NCBI GenBank assembly: GCA_008632985.1
Contig: QPGO01000039.1
Location: 1 to 64,000 of the forward strand
From: Psammoneis japonica
Lineage: Eukaryota
DNA: 64,000 bases
Reading direction: 5' to 3'
Made by a program: the position numbers and the translations under genes. Shown in pieces: positions 25,974 through 38,295 of this stretch. The stretch's first letter is position 1. Each line of letters begins with the position of its first letter. The notes beneath the pieces were generated by a model. That model had not been told where the DNA came from, made no database searches, and was given only the letters and a program-made list of their open reading frames with translations.

Positions 25974-27290
25974 GATGTGTTTTCATCCCAGGTGAGAAAC
26001 GCGCATGCGGAGGTGAGACGTTTCGTCTGTCCCTTTTCCGTCGCCGTGCTTTTTGTGCGAGCAAATCTGACTGGACTTTCCCCCGATTTTTCGTTTCTTC
26101 TTTCCACAGACATGTTTATTTTTGAAAAGCCAGCCGTCATTCTCATTGGTTGAAGGGTGCGCACAAGAAAAGCGCTGTCTCGAAAGCGGCATTTTTTGGA
26201 GTGAAACTGACAGCCATCTGCTTGTTGTTGTTGTTCTGGTGCATTTGAGAGACTGTTCTGCTGTTTCTTTCACCGAATCTGACTGCTTTGAAAGAATGTA
26301 CACATTGTTCATTGCACAAAGAGCTCATGCCAAAAAAGAACGGCGTTCTAACTCTGTCACTTGCATGAGAAAAATCGGGGGAACTGACTTCGCACGTGAT
26401 TTTTTTGCGCGATCGGCCATTTCAAAGATCGACTGATTTGTCGACCTGTGTGGGATGCTTGAGTGAACAAAACAATGGGATTGAAACAGCAGCGTCAAAG
26501 TTCAATGTGTGTCCAGCCATTGTGTGATTTGATGTGCCCAAGCAGAGTTAAAGATGAAATGTTGACAAAATTTCACCGCTCAAAATGACTGGTTCTATCT
26601 CAGAATAAAATAAAATGGCTGCAACACTGAGATGTCGCTAATGGTGTTGTTCTGCTTTACAATGATGAAACCAGCACACTTGCATCTGAGATTCTTTATC
26701 CTCACACACCCTCAAAACCGAACACACAACGATTCTCTTGTCGGCAGCGAAATCTGATGTTGTCGTGCGACCCAAAAGCGTCGTCCATGACGACAAAAGT
26801 GCAGACGATACATCACAAGAATCACAGCAACGTGTCACAGAAACATTCTTCGTTGTCAGCATCCGGTGTCAAGTGGATGGAGCAGCGCGTTGATGAGAAT
26901 CCTGCTTCGCAAGCTGAGGAAGAGAGAAAGAGGCATCAAAAATGTCATGAGTCAAAAGGCCATCCATGAGGCACAACAAAAAACAAAGATCAAATTTTCA
27001 ACCACATCATCGCATTGAGCGTTGTCTTGTTGACCTGTCTCAGCATTCTCACCTTCTCAGTCACAACATCCATTGGTGCAAGAATGGACGAGTTCATGGC
27101 GACGGCATGGTGCCATTTTCGGTTTGCGCGAATTGTGGTTTGTGGTTCGAGACATGGAAAAACATATTTTTACTGTCATGGAGCTCGTTTTTTACTAAGA
27201 TTTTTGGCACTTAATGTACGTCTCATGTAGAAACACGTAGAAAACCTCGTGATGTGTCCAAAAGTTTCTCACCCAGGATGAAAACACATC
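25974..27290. mobile_element. Non-autonomous TIR element (1317 bp), 27-bp TIRs, 4-bp TSD TTTC
   Basis: gatgtgttttcatcccaggtgagaaac ... gtttctcacccaggatgaaaacacatc. TTTC at 25970-25973 and 27291-27294. Subterminal CACGTAGAAA is shared with the 396-bp MITE. Confidence 0.85.
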
Positions 27291-27873
27291 TTTCGTGCAC
27301 CACACACTCACCACTTTCCACCTTGTGATGACAACATGATGCCATTTGGCCAAGCTTGCACACACTCTGTCAGAGCCACTTGTTTTTTTGCTCAGCACAG
27401 CAACTGCAAACTTGTGCTGGCCTTTTTTTTTGAAACTTTCACAAATCAAAAGTTTTGCGTGCTCTCTTTCCACTCAGGGCATTTCTCTGCTCCTCACATG
27501 CTGAAAGCAAGCCACGGACAAACAAGCTCATTGAATCTGCTGCATCTTAGCCAGTCACCTTGTTTTTGCTCTCTGACTCTTTTTATTGGATGGCAATTGG
27601 ATAGATGCTGTGGAGGGTGACGAACTGCCTGCCTGCCGGCAGCACGTGCGCGTGTGCGTGCGACGTTTATTTGTGGCGCGCGAGTTGTTGGTGGCGCTAG
27701 CAGTCGTGATTACGAGTGAGTCGTGAGTTCCGCAGCTTCCGTTGAACAACACGGCGTGGACAACACAAAACAATCTCAACGTTTCTCGTTACGGAGAGCG
27801 TGCGATGAGCAATAGGGCTTTGTCAATGACAATGGATGCAGTGGTGGAAAACACAAAGAAATACTATTTTACC

Positions 27874-28935
27874 ATGAGAAGCATTTTTCGACCAACGATC
27901 GTCACTGCGACCTTGACGTTGGTGCTTCTGGTCATCGCCTCTTGGGATAGCCCGTTCGAAAATGAGTACCATGAGAACGTGGTCACGGCTGGAAATCCTC
28001 CCAACAGTACCAATACGACACTTCCGCCGTTAATTTTGGTGTCGAGTCCCTGTTCTGGGAGTTCCTTTGTGATTAAGTTTGCACAGCAACTCGTCCGGCG
28101 GCATGTTGGAATCGACGCCTACATGATTGGGATGCGAGGGTTAGAGCACGAATATTTGGCCATTTCGAAATCGAGAGCAAACCCAAGTTATAACTACACA
28201 CTTGCCAAAACAGACAAGTATCTGGCTGGAAAGCAAATGGTGCTTAATGTGTATGGAAGCATATCTCGAAATTCATCTCAGGCAATGATTACCAAGTTGC
28301 TGCAAAACCACATTACTCCTGGAGTGGTCCCCGGATTGCAAGAATTGAATGCAAGATTTGTCTCGCTGTATCGACAGAATCTTCTTGAGAAGAGCATTTG
28401 TGGAATCAAGGATTGTTTTCTGGAGACAAAAGGACACTTTTCGGTGTTTGAGAACGGAACTCAGTCCCGACTTTGCTTTCTACGAAGAAAGCACCCAGAA
28501 CTCCGTATCCTTGGACGATTTGACATTCAGAATTATTCGAAGCAAATGGAGTCGATAATGCACAGCTATGGATGCAAAGAAGGCCTTAGGGATCCAAAAG
28601 TCAAGATCATGTTTGACAAGGAAATGCATTATAACGATCATGATGACAGCACGGAAAACTACCCTCGGTTGGCACTGGAGCGTCTCGAAGCATTCGAGTA
28701 CGCGGAACAAAACTCGCTCGAGTTCAATGCCAGTGTGGCTGACTGGAAACGTTTTTTGAAAGGTTGGGGGATTGAACCACGTGAAAACCTTATTTTAGAG
28801 GAAATGAGGATCCAAGGTATCAATGTCCGAAATCATTCGAAAGCGATGAATAGCATTTACAACAAGGACGAAGTAGCGGGCTTGTTTCAAAATGGGCGAG
28901 GCACGACAACGAATTTTGTGATTGGAAATGGATGA
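27874..28935 (+). CDS. Sulfotransferase-like type II membrane protein
   Basis: N-terminal TM, ILVSSPCSGSSF (PAPS 5'-PSB-like loop), FVSLYRQNLLE. Normal composition. The start could be upstream (27805). Confidence 0.6.
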   Translation: MRSIFRPTIVTATLTLVLLVIASWDSPFENEYHENVVTAGNPPNSTNTTLPPLILVSSPCSGSSFVIKFAQQLVRRHVGIDAYMIGMRGLEHEYLAISKSRANPSYNYTLAKTDKYLAGKQMVLNVYGSISRNSSQAMITKLLQNHITPGVVPGLQELNARFVSLYRQNLLEKSICGIKDCFLETKGHFSVFENGTQSRLCFLRRKHPELRILGRFDIQNYSKQMESIMHSYGCKEGLRDPKVKIMFDKEMHYNDHDDSTENYPRLALERLEAFEYAEQNSLEFNASVADWKRFLKGWGIEPRENLILEEMRIQGINVRNHSKAMNSIYNKDEVAGLFQNGRGTTTNFVIGNG

Positions 28936-29326
28936 TGGAGAAGCGTGGCATGAACGATGGCTCATTGTGAAGCGACGCTTGTGTCGAAACTACAGATGAA
29001 CTCATTCGCATCGCCATACACCACATCTACCTAGCAACTAATGCCAGCACCTAGAGAGCTCATCGGCGACCAATTGGCGCCATTCTGTCATTAGCTAACT
29101 GAAGATGGATTCTTCTCATGTTTATGATAACTACAGATTCAAATCTAGAGCAACGTAGAAGTAGCAGTCAACGGAAAGAGAACAACTGTAACGCAATCTG
29201 AACAAGGCCTGAGGCAAATTCACATCTATTTTTACAGCTTTCTTTTTCGGCAGTTTTAAAACACTCTATTCACGATTTCTTTGACATGTATGGAAGAGCA
29301 ACTCATTCATGCGGATATGGCCATCA

Positions 29327-30182
29327 TCAAGCATGACCCATAATGTTGTCAATGACCAGCGAGAAGCTGCAAAGCCTCCACATCCCAAGGCTGCCGCCTG
29401 AGGTCCTGATTTCGCCTGAAGAGCTGCACCTGTAATACAGCCACTTGCTACAGAGTTCCATACATCATGTGTACCACGATACTTTTCAACTAGACATTCC
29501 GATCCACCAAACACGCCTGTAATAAAGGCAAAGTTGCGACACCAGTACATGCTTTTGTCGGCTGTCGCTCTCATTGTGTTTTTCATTTGCTCTCGAAACG
29601 GCGCCTGTGGCACCTCCTTTCCACCCACCAGGTGACGGGCGGCGTCGCATCCGACATGGCTCCTAGAAAGACACCCATGAGCAATCCCATGACTCCTCCT
29701 CCAAATACTCCAATGGCCGCTTTGCCCGAGCAACTGTTGGATATCCACTAAAGTCTGGGGGGAGATTCTCACGAGCACCAGCCGTTGTAAACCAGGGTTG
29801 GAAATAGGGTAATTTCTGAATCGATAATTCTTCCAGACACGGGAACGGGTCGATGCAAGGCATTCTCGGGACGGTACCATTCCACGTCTTGTTTTGTCTC
29901 TCCCGACATGACGGTCTCATAAATGCTCTTGTGCTCGTATTTTAGAGGAATAACTTCTCTCACAATTACAGTATCCGACTTTTCACCACTTGATGATTCC
30001 TTCTCAATGATGGTTCGGGAAGGGGAAATGCCCTTGGCTGCTTCTGTGGCGACGCCATTGCCTAACAAAGAAGGGTGAAAAGCTCTGCCCCGCTGCTCGC
30101 TTTCACCGCTGTCATCACCTTTCGGCTCTCTCGAAGAGCGCCTAGGTATAGTAACACGACGGACGACGCACAGGTTTCGCAT
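29327..30182 (-). CDS. TIM22: Mitochondrial inner-membrane translocase TIM22 (several apparent -1 frameshifts)
   Basis: Across frames: SNSCSGKAAIGVFGGGVMGLLMGVFLGAMSD, RNFAFITGVFGGSECLVEKYRGTHDVWNSVASGCITGA, GPQAAALGCGGFAA(F)SLVID. The start is uncertain. Confidence 0.88.
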
Positions 30183-30209
30183 TTGATTGAAGAATCAAGA
30201 AGTGCCATC

Positions 30210-31290
30210 TCAAGCCGCCACTCTGAAAACATGAGGGGAGAGTGAACATGTCAATGTGAGATCCAAGATTGGCAGCACCATGTCACCAACCACCAGCACT
30301 TTCTGCAGAGCATTTCTTGAGCACCGCAGCTCTCTGCCCCACTTTTTTTCTCCTTTTGGACGTGGTGAGACATGTTGGCAGTTGGCAGAGGATACAACCT
30401 CGAAAAGAAACTCTGCAACCACCCAGAGAGGCTGGCAGCTGCAGGTGTGAAAGAAGAGCAGCTGAGGTGAAAATGTCAATCTGGTGTTGTCTTAGTGTCA
30501 CTTGCATCCAGACCCCCAACTGCCTGAGGTGCAGCAACCCAGTGACCCAGCTCTCTTCTTGACACGCGGTGAGTGCACACTCGAATGTCTGTCGTGAGGC
30601 TGAGCAAAAGCAAACAAAGTTGCCCCCCCAACATGTGATCACTGATTTGCCCAATGTTCTTTGACTGTGACAAGTGGTGCTGCCATGTGGGCCCCCCAGT
30701 CAGCACAACACATTGCAGGGAAAGGCAATCTCCTGAGAAACTTTTGAAGCACAGGACGAAATGATGCACCACACCACAACCTCAGAAGAGCGACCCTCCA
30801 AGAGCCAATCTTGAGATCATTGGAGCTTTCACAGCTGTCCAAAGTCAAGTAAAATGATCCTCACATGGAAAGTTTGTGGCCCTTCAAGGGGTCCAGAAGC
30901 TCGCTAAGGAGAACTGTGGTCAACAAAGAAAAAGTCAATGAGAATTTTGGGGCTGCACAACAAGTTTCTTCCATTCTTTGCTGCAGATCACATGCACTCA
31001 TGAAGGGTTTACAATGCAACAACTGGCAGCTGCACTTGGCACTGAGATTTGCTCTTCTTGAGCCGGGTTTGCTGTGCTGCTCCATGCACCAGTGCTTGGT
31101 TCCACGGCATGCAGAAGCGCTCCAGATGTTTTCAAACAATCAACTTGAAAGGGTTTGTCATGAGAAAAGTCCCCAGATAATTTGAAGCAAGCCTCGATCA
31201 TTTCCTGCAGTGCCCCCAGAGAACATGCTGTTTTGACATTGGTGAGGAGGCTACAACAGCACACAGCGTGGAGCTGGAGCAGATGTGATG
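30210..31290. repeat. Eroded repeat block
   Basis: TA/CG depletion; no credible ORF. Confidence 0.6.
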
Positions 31291-31621
31291 CTCTGTATGT
31301 GTTGGCTGATGGTGAGGATTAAAAGGAGGTACATAAATGACAACGTACGCTCTTCACACAACGTGACAGGTGTGATCAAACGCCGTCATTCTTCGAAGAG
31401 AGACTAAACGCTGAAGACAAGTGGTGGATAGAAGCGAGGAGAGTCGAAATAATCAGACACAAAATTTGCTTTAGATTGGGAGTCCACCAACAAACTAAAT
31501 GCCCGCATCACAGTAGTGAACCATACTGCTTCCTTCTAAAATAAATAGAGAGCAAGGCTTCTCTGGCTGAGATTCTACTCCTGCAATCTCGAATTTTCTC
31601 GAGCTTGCCAAAAAGGGAAAT

Positions 31622-32182
31622 CTACTCCTCCTTTGCACCCACAGGCATCAAGATATTGAAAATGTTGTACACAAAGTTGAAAGATGATGTTGTTATGCTG
31701 ATAATTCCTCCTGGAGTCCAACCTCTCCTCGTTACTTCAATGAATGACGTGAGTATTATCGTTGGCAAATCTTCGAATACATCTTCAAAGAGACTGAGGA
31801 ATTTCTTTGTGTCGAGATTCCGATCCAGACAACAGAAGAACTTGAGAAACACCCTCTTGAAAGCGTCGACGCAGCATACCTGTTTAGCCTTGGGATTCCC
31901 AGCCAAGGAGCAGTAAGTAATTAGCGTCATTAGAAACGTCAAGGTACTGACGATCGTGACCGCAAGCAGAGGCGCCAACAAATGTCGGTTGTCGTCCAAT
32001 ACATTGGGTTCGCCATCCGCGGTACGAGCGTAAGCGTTGTAAATTGTGTGCAAATAATACCAGTCGGACGACACATCGGCAAGCGAGTTGAAGACTGAAC
32101 TCGCGCCTGGGACCCATTTCTTGCGAAACTCAACCAAACAACCGGTCCTCGTTGCTGCATCGGGGTCATTTAGTGACGACAT
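31622..32182 (-). CDS. Small multi-pass membrane protein (D..SDW / EDLP motifs, XK-like)
   Basis: LADVSSDWYY, hydrophobic helices, FEDLPTIILT. Normal composition. Confidence 0.65.
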   Translation of the reverse strand: MSSLNDPDAATRTGCLVEFRKKWVPGASSVFNSLADVSSDWYYLHTIYNAYARTADGEPNVLDDNRHLLAPLLAVTIVSTLTFLMTLITYCSLAGNPKAKQVCCVDAFKRVFLKFFCCLDRNLDTKKFLSLFEDVFEDLPTIILTSFIEVTRRGWTPGGIISITTSSFNFVYNIFNILMPVGAKEE

Positions 32183-32559
32183 GTTTCTCGATGGCAATCC
32201 TTGGCGTTGCTGAAGGGAGACTAAATGTGAGAATGCTAATACAGAAAGACCAAGGCCACAGGTGCCATCCAGTGCTCTTGTTGTTGTTCTCCGTGCGTAT
32301 TTTTCTTGCAATCGCTAGTGGACAGCACCATCCGGGTGAAACGCCTTAGCCCTGCCAAGCCATGGAATGCCAACATTTCTCTTATTGAGAATACAGGTGA
32401 GACCACCAAACGTAAACGTAATACCTCGTAGAGTAAAACAAACCATCCGTTGGATCGATCGCCGATCGCCAACAATACAAGCGCTCTGCGGTTCAAAGTG
32501 TGAAGTGTGTGAACTGCGTGCAAAACGCTGACTATGCTGTGCAGGCGGCCAGACAGCCA

Positions 32560-34000
32560 AATCGCAACACTGCCAGCTAAATCACACATGAGGTTTGTCT
32601 CTTGAGCCCCCCCCCCCCCTCATTGGCTTTTGACCAAACAGCAGCATCAGAAGCAAGGCTGTCAGAAGCAGCAAGCTGTGAGTGCAAATGTGCTGGTCTT
32701 TGCCAGCAGCACCAGCCTTGCCACTGTCACATGTGCAACAAGAGGGTGGGCAGCAGCCCCGAGCAAAAGTGGTCTTTTGCTGCCCATGAAATGTGGCCTG
32801 GAGCAAAAGTGCAGAGTTGAGGGCTGCTTGCACAAACAAGCATGTGGCAAAGCAGCTGGCGGGTCTTGGAGTCAAGAGCCCAGCATGTGGGGTGCAACAT
32901 TTTGGTCTTTTGCTGCCTTTGAAATGTGGCCCAGATGTGTGCTTGTTGATGAGAGTGCACCAGCGGGCTTGGCACAATCATTTTTGCTGTGAGCTTCTTT
33001 TGTCAATGGGCACTGCCACAAAAGCCAAAAGAGCAGCAAAGTCAGGCACAGGACAAGAAGGCAGGAGAGCTTGGTTTGGCAAAGTGCAAAAACTTTGCTG
33101 CAGCAGGCAAAGCTTTGTCCAGATGATGCACTCTGGCCCCAGGTGGGGCAACACATGACACCAGGAGGCCTGCACACAAACTCTGCAATGAAGCCATTGT
33201 CTGGTGCTGAAGAAAACATCGATGGCTGCCAGCAGCCAAGAGGCAACTTTGTGATCAACTTCAAGTGCCCACAATGGAAACATGCTGTTTTTGGTGTGCT
33301 TGGCAGCTGCTTTTTTTACACTCAAAAATGTGACCAACTTGGCTTTGCTCTCAGAGAGGCAGTTGAGCCAGGCTCTGTTGGCTTTGCAAAACACAGTGTG
33401 CAGCATGCGTGAGAAACTTTTTTTGCAAAAGAGTGCGTGGGCACAGAAGTGTGCATGACTTTTGCAAGGAGCTCATGACAAAAAATGCACTCCACCACAT
33501 CCCAGCGACAGCCAGGTCCTGCCTGGAGCTTTTCTGTGGCACATTTCTCACACTTGCTTTGGCTCTGTGGCAGATGATCAGGGTGGCTGCACTCAACACC
33601 GGCAAGATGGCGAGTGACATGGCCACCTCACACAGCAGCTGGGATCCAGCTCACTGTCAACTGTGTGTCACTTTGACCAACAAATTTGCAAGTTTTGGGT
33701 TTTGCAGCTCTTTTGAGCCGCTTCTCTTGAGCTTGCTTTTTGCATGAAAGACACCTCTGCAAGGCTGTTTTCAGGAGACAGCCAAAATGAAACAACATCT
33801 GGGCTGCACATTCTTTGCAGACAAAGGAAAAGTTGGCTGCAAGCAATTTCCCACCATGATCTCACCCTGGCAAACCAAGCAGAACTCAATCGAATCTGCC
33901 TGGAAGTCTCCTGTGCGTGATGCACACAGCGAAAAGTGTTCGGTGACTGCGAACGCATGTCGAAACAACGGGGTGTGGGATGGGACCCCTTTTCTTTCAT
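32560..34000. repeat. Eroded repeat block
   Basis: TA/CG depletion, a poly-C tract near 32607 and an internal repeat ttttgctgcc..tgaaatgtggcc. Confidence 0.6.
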
Positions 34001-34131
34001 CCACCTCTCCACCACTTGCGCAGGCCCATGTGGACCGCGACTGCCCCCCGCGCGCGCAGCCAGGTGCCAAACTCTTGACAGACACCGCGCCAGAAGAATC
34101 TACAGTGCAGCACTGGCTATGCCACGACACC

Positions 34132-35475
34132 ATGGCGATGATTGGAAGTGCTGCTGTGCACAACAAGAGACTCAAATGCCATGTCAAACGGACCATACTT
34201 CTTGTAACATTGTGTGTCATGGTTGGCATAAAGTTTCTAGTCGACAATGAGCTGGTTCTGCCTTTTTTCTTGTCGAGAGAAGAAAGTAATGAAGTTTTTC
34301 GTCCCAACACCACACAACTCGTCGCTGATGAATTGCCTCGTTGGCTCCAAACGTACACGTCGTGGCATGCTTCTGAGCGATCCAATATAGATGCAAAATA
34401 TCTCGTGGCTTCCTGTGTGGATGCCCATTGTGGTGGCTTGGCGGATCGATTACGAAACATGCCGTTTTTGTTGTTGCTGGCTAATCGCACGCAGCGCATA
34501 CTCTTGATTTGGTGGACACGACCGTGTGGGTTGGAAGAATTCTTGGTGCCAAGCGGATTGTTGGATTGGAGAGTCAGTGGGACTGCTGCAATATCCAAGT
34601 GGGAACTCCTTACAAAAGCGAGACGAAAAGGCGCACCGTGGATTCATGGAAAATTATCGTCCAATCAAGTAATGAACTTGGTGGAAAACACACATGCATC
34701 GGAACAAATAATATTTTGTCAGTTGAGCATAGATCATTATCCTTATTTTGAAAGGCAGTACAACAGTGGCATGAATAATACTACAACAAACAACAACAAG
34801 CGACTCTTTGGAGATATTTTTCATGCCCTCTTTACTCCTTCACCTGGAGTGTTGAAACTGCTGCAATCGACCATGTCGGACCTTGGCCTTGTCGAGAATC
34901 ATTACGTGGCTGTCCACTTGCGAGCAAGATATCCTGCCCTGGTTGAAAACTATTACCATGCTACAAGTTCCACTCGACGAAGCGTGGATGCAGACGGCAT
35001 GTTGTGGCAAGGTAGAACCAAGGAGCTTGTAATCAACTCGTCCATGCATGCCATTGCATGTGCAAGTCAATTGGCACCAAACAATAACACTGCAGTCTAT
35101 TTTGCATCCGACACCAATCAAGCCATTCGACACGTTACAACGACAATACCAAGAGTTGTTGGAAAAGTGACGGATTCGGAACGCCATCATTTGGATCGCA
35201 ATGATTATCGAATTGCTGGATTCTTGTGGAGAACTCCACCCCGTGCATTTTATAACGTTTTTGTTGATCTACTTATTCTAAGCAAGGCAAAGTGCATAGC
35301 AATTGGACTCGGGGGATATGGAAAATTTGCAGCCATGATGGGTGGAGATCAATGTACCGTGCATCATCAGCAAATACCGTCCACTCCTGGCGATACATTT
35401 TCCGCACCATGTTGGCCAAAAGACGAAACGGGGTTTCAGAGGGAGAGGTTGGCTCTACAGATTGCTGACTTATGA
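34132..35475 (+). CDS. Fucosyltransferase-like (O-FucT/NodZ/GT23-like) type II membrane protein
   Basis: TM anchor, CGGLADRL, YVAVHLRARYP, VYFASDT, FVDLLILSKAKC..G.GGYG. The upstream ORF extension lies in eroded DNA. Confidence 0.75.
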   Translation: MAMIGSAAVHNKRLKCHVKRTILLVTLCVMVGIKFLVDNELVLPFFLSREESNEVFRPNTTQLVADELPRWLQTYTSWHASERSNIDAKYLVASCVDAHCGGLADRLRNMPFLLLLANRTQRILLIWWTRPCGLEEFLVPSGLLDWRVSGTAAISKWELLTKARRKGAPWIHGKLSSNQVMNLVENTHASEQIIFCQLSIDHYPYFERQYNSGMNNTTTNNNKRLFGDIFHALFTPSPGVLKLLQSTMSDLGLVENHYVAVHLRARYPALVENYYHATSSTRRSVDADGMLWQGRTKELVINSSMHAIACASQLAPNNNTAVYFASDTNQAIRHVTTTIPRVVGKVTDSERHHLDRNDYRIAGFLWRTPPRAFYNVFVDLLILSKAKCIAIGLGGYGKFAAMMGGDQCTVHHQQIPSTPGDTFSAPCWPKDETGFQRERLALQIADL

Positions 35476-35479
35476 ATCT

Positions 35480-35960
35480 ATGATGGATATTTTTAAAACA
35501 AAGATCATGTCATGTAAGTGTGAAAACCACCACCGAAGGTCCACCCTTGCTGGTAGCTTCAACAAGAGACCGAGTGTATACACTAGCATAACTAGGGACA
35601 TCAATATCTGCCCAAGAACTAGAGGTGCCACACCCGCCCAAGGTGTGTTTTCTGTGGAAGTTGCTGTTGGTTTCAGTGGCGAGTTTGTACGAGCGCTGCC
35701 ACAACTGCATCGTCTCCTTAGGACCTGAACGACACATCCCTTTCCTACTCAGCTTTCATCGAGAGCACGGTGGCCTGGGAGATCACGTTCATTCAAGAAT
35801 GCATCCTCGGCCATAAAGCCTCCTTCGATGTATGTCAGAGGCGGTGAATTTTGCATCAGCTATGCTCGTCATGAAGAGGCTTCCATGGCACATGGCGAGT
35901 TGGCGGCGTTGGGAGCAGCCGTTGCAAGGGTGACGATGAACATGATGGTGAAAGAGCTGA
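35480..35960. repeat. Dispersed ~0.5-kb repeat, copy A (homologous to 53450-54040)
   Basis: Shared blocks ccacccttgctggtag.ttcaacaagagac, cccgcccaaggt, gcgctgccacaac and agcacgg.ggcctgggagatc in the same order. Confidence 0.8.
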
Positions 35961-36199
35961 GGCTGACTTTGAAGTGAGCTTGTGCGAGTTTCTTGAATGT
36001 TAAGAACGATCTTACGAGAGAAGTCAATGGCTCTCAAGGTGTGTCTTCCTGCATCATCAGAGCACACGTTGCACCTGCTTTCTCACAGTGATGTTTTTCC
36101 CTTTTGCATTTTTAAAAATTCTGTGGTAGCTTTCCATCAGTTTGTCAGTGGTTAAGGAAACTACCTGGCAGTACGCGCGCGTGAGAAGTTCACGTGCGA

Positions 36200-36920
36200 C
36201 GTCACCCAGTGGCGCAGGGGGAGGGACGGACGCTGGGCAATGGTGGAACGGAGTCATGTGGGTGGGGAAGGGGATGGATTTCGAGTTGGGGTTTGATGTT
36301 TGCAATTGTAGTTTGGTGGAGCAGCGGGTGAGTTGGTCAGCGAGCGATTTGGTGGTCGCTGGGCTTGGGTTTTGCAGACCCCATTGTGGCGGTGTTGAGG
36401 AGTGGTGGGTCAGGCCAAAGCGTTCGGCAGAGATGGTTTGCCAAGTGGCGGAGGCAGCAGGGAGGATGGCAGACGGGGATTGTTGGGTGCAGGCATGTGC
36501 GGCATGGGCAGCTGGGTGTTGAAAACAAGTTTCGGTGTTCCAAGGTGGGGCGGGTGGAGCGGGTGTGGGGAGGTCTTGGTTGGCGCCAAAAAGGAGGCAG
36601 TGGGCGAAGCATCCTGGTGCTCCCAGGTGGTCAATGGCAAAGGGGATGAGGTGGATGCCAGCGTTGTTGAGAGCAGATGTAAGGGTTGCTTCATGTTGGG
36701 TCTCGTGGGTTCCGTTGAACTTCCGTTTTGTGCTCATGTGGTGTGCCTCGGTGTGAGGGTTGAGGGTGGGGGCAGGCAAGCCAGGAGCAGGCAATGGAGG
36801 AGGTTTGGGGACGGTGACGTCAATGGCAAGGTGTTGGTGGCCAAGGGGGGGATGCAGCAGAGGTGGCTGGAGCAAGTTGGATGCCTGCGTCAGCAGGGCA
36901 TTTGAGGGGGTGAATGAGGT
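36200..36920 (-). mobile_element. 3' restriction-like endonuclease segment of a CRE-like non-LTR retrotransposon (inverted)
   Basis: The minus strand reads KCPADAGI (eroded RPADVGI) ... HLAIDVTV ... LIPFAIDHLG. Confidence 0.75.
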
Positions 36921-38295
36921 GCGCCACCCTCACCACATGGGTCTGCACCCACTGCCCCGAGCGCCTTCGAGAATGGAAGCGCATCAAAGCTCAGGCGATT
37001 GAAGACAACACCGACCTGCAATCTTTCCACCAGCATCTCCAAGAGTGGAACCCCCAAGCACCATGTGTCCAGTGTGCCCGCACTGTGAATGGTCTCCACC
37101 AGAAAATGCTGCCACCCAAGACCTCCCTGAGGCAGTCTGAGCTCACCTGCGGGCCGAGCACAAAACCCCAGACCTGCGTTTCCTGCCACAAGACTTCCTC
37201 TCCCAAGCCAACCTGCACTCGTGCCACATCTGCAACTCCACCCACCACCTGCACCTCTGCCCTGGCGACCTGCGCAACCACATCGCCCACCACAACCCCC
37301 CTTGCACCGAAGCAAACTCTGCTCTCAAGGCCACACACCTGCCCCATGGCACCGCCTGACCCGCCACACTGCAGTGGCTCCACGCCGTTGAGCTTGCACC
37401 CCCGCCCTTTCATGCCTCCACATGCCGCAAGCCATCTCCCTCCACACTCCGTGAAGTCTTCACAGCACTGCATCACACCCTCACCTGGATCATCGAATCC
37501 ACCAAACCCCTGCAACTCGACTCCGACACCTCCGCCCCACCCCATGAATGCACGTCCACACCCTTCTGGAAGTTGCTCCTTCTCTTTGAAGCACTCATCC
37601 TCGCTCCGCCTTGCCGCTCCCCCACCGCAAATCCCAAACGCCACCCGTCTGCCTCCTCCATTCCCTCCACATGCCTCAAACTCTTCCGACAAGGACGCAC
37701 CCGCAAACTGTGCGATGCAACATGCACCAACACCCAACACTCCGCTCCCAATGCCCATGCCCCTGACTTCTCCGCTGCCACTTGCTGCCACACAGCTCAA
37801 GCATCCGCAGACGCCGACAACTTGGGCGCGGCATGCCGCCGAGTCACCTCTGGCCTCCCAGTCACCACCATTGATGACACCCGCCTCCAGCTCATCCACA
37901 AACTGCACCCGCCCCGCGCACCACACCCACCCCAAGCACCCACCACCAACACACGACACCCTGCACCTCCCCCATCCCCTCCGTGCATCACCGACGACCA
38001 CCTCCTTGCCGCCCTCAGCAAATGCAAACCTGGCACCGCCGCCGGCCCATGCGCTGACTCCACCAACCTCCTCAAAGGCTGTGCTCTCTACAAAACCAGC
38101 ACCCCCACACAGCCACAACTCCGCCCGCACCTTGCCACCTTCAAAGAATTCCTGACAATCATCCAAACCAACTCCGCCCCTCCTGACATCCAGCCACTTG
38201 TCGCCACCAAGTGCTTCGTGGCACTCCACAAAGACCCTGCCAACCTTGACAAGCTCTGACCTGTTGGCTGCGGCACTGCCGTCTGACGCACAGCC

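Larger units (their letters stand above)
23330..27620. repeat. Eroded repeat block with nested TIR elements
   Basis: Strong TA/CG depletion. Contains elements at 23631-23883 and 25974-27290 plus a solo TIR at 24946-24972. Confidence 0.7.

Noticed and set aside
29266..29920. Programmed frameshifting or recoding in TIM22
   Set aside because: No slippery-site pattern; scattered homopolymer deletions across several genes fit sequencing error better.
33787..34131. N-terminal 115-aa extension of the fucosyltransferase-like ORF
   Set aside because: Lies largely in stop-poor eroded DNA; the TM anchor follows the ATG at 34132.
16160..35475. GT8, sulfotransferase-like, fucosyltransferase-like and NRPS-like genes as a biosynthetic cluster
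   Set aside because: Interspersed with TIM22 and TE blocks, and these families are common in diatoms; no co-regulation evidence from sequence alone.
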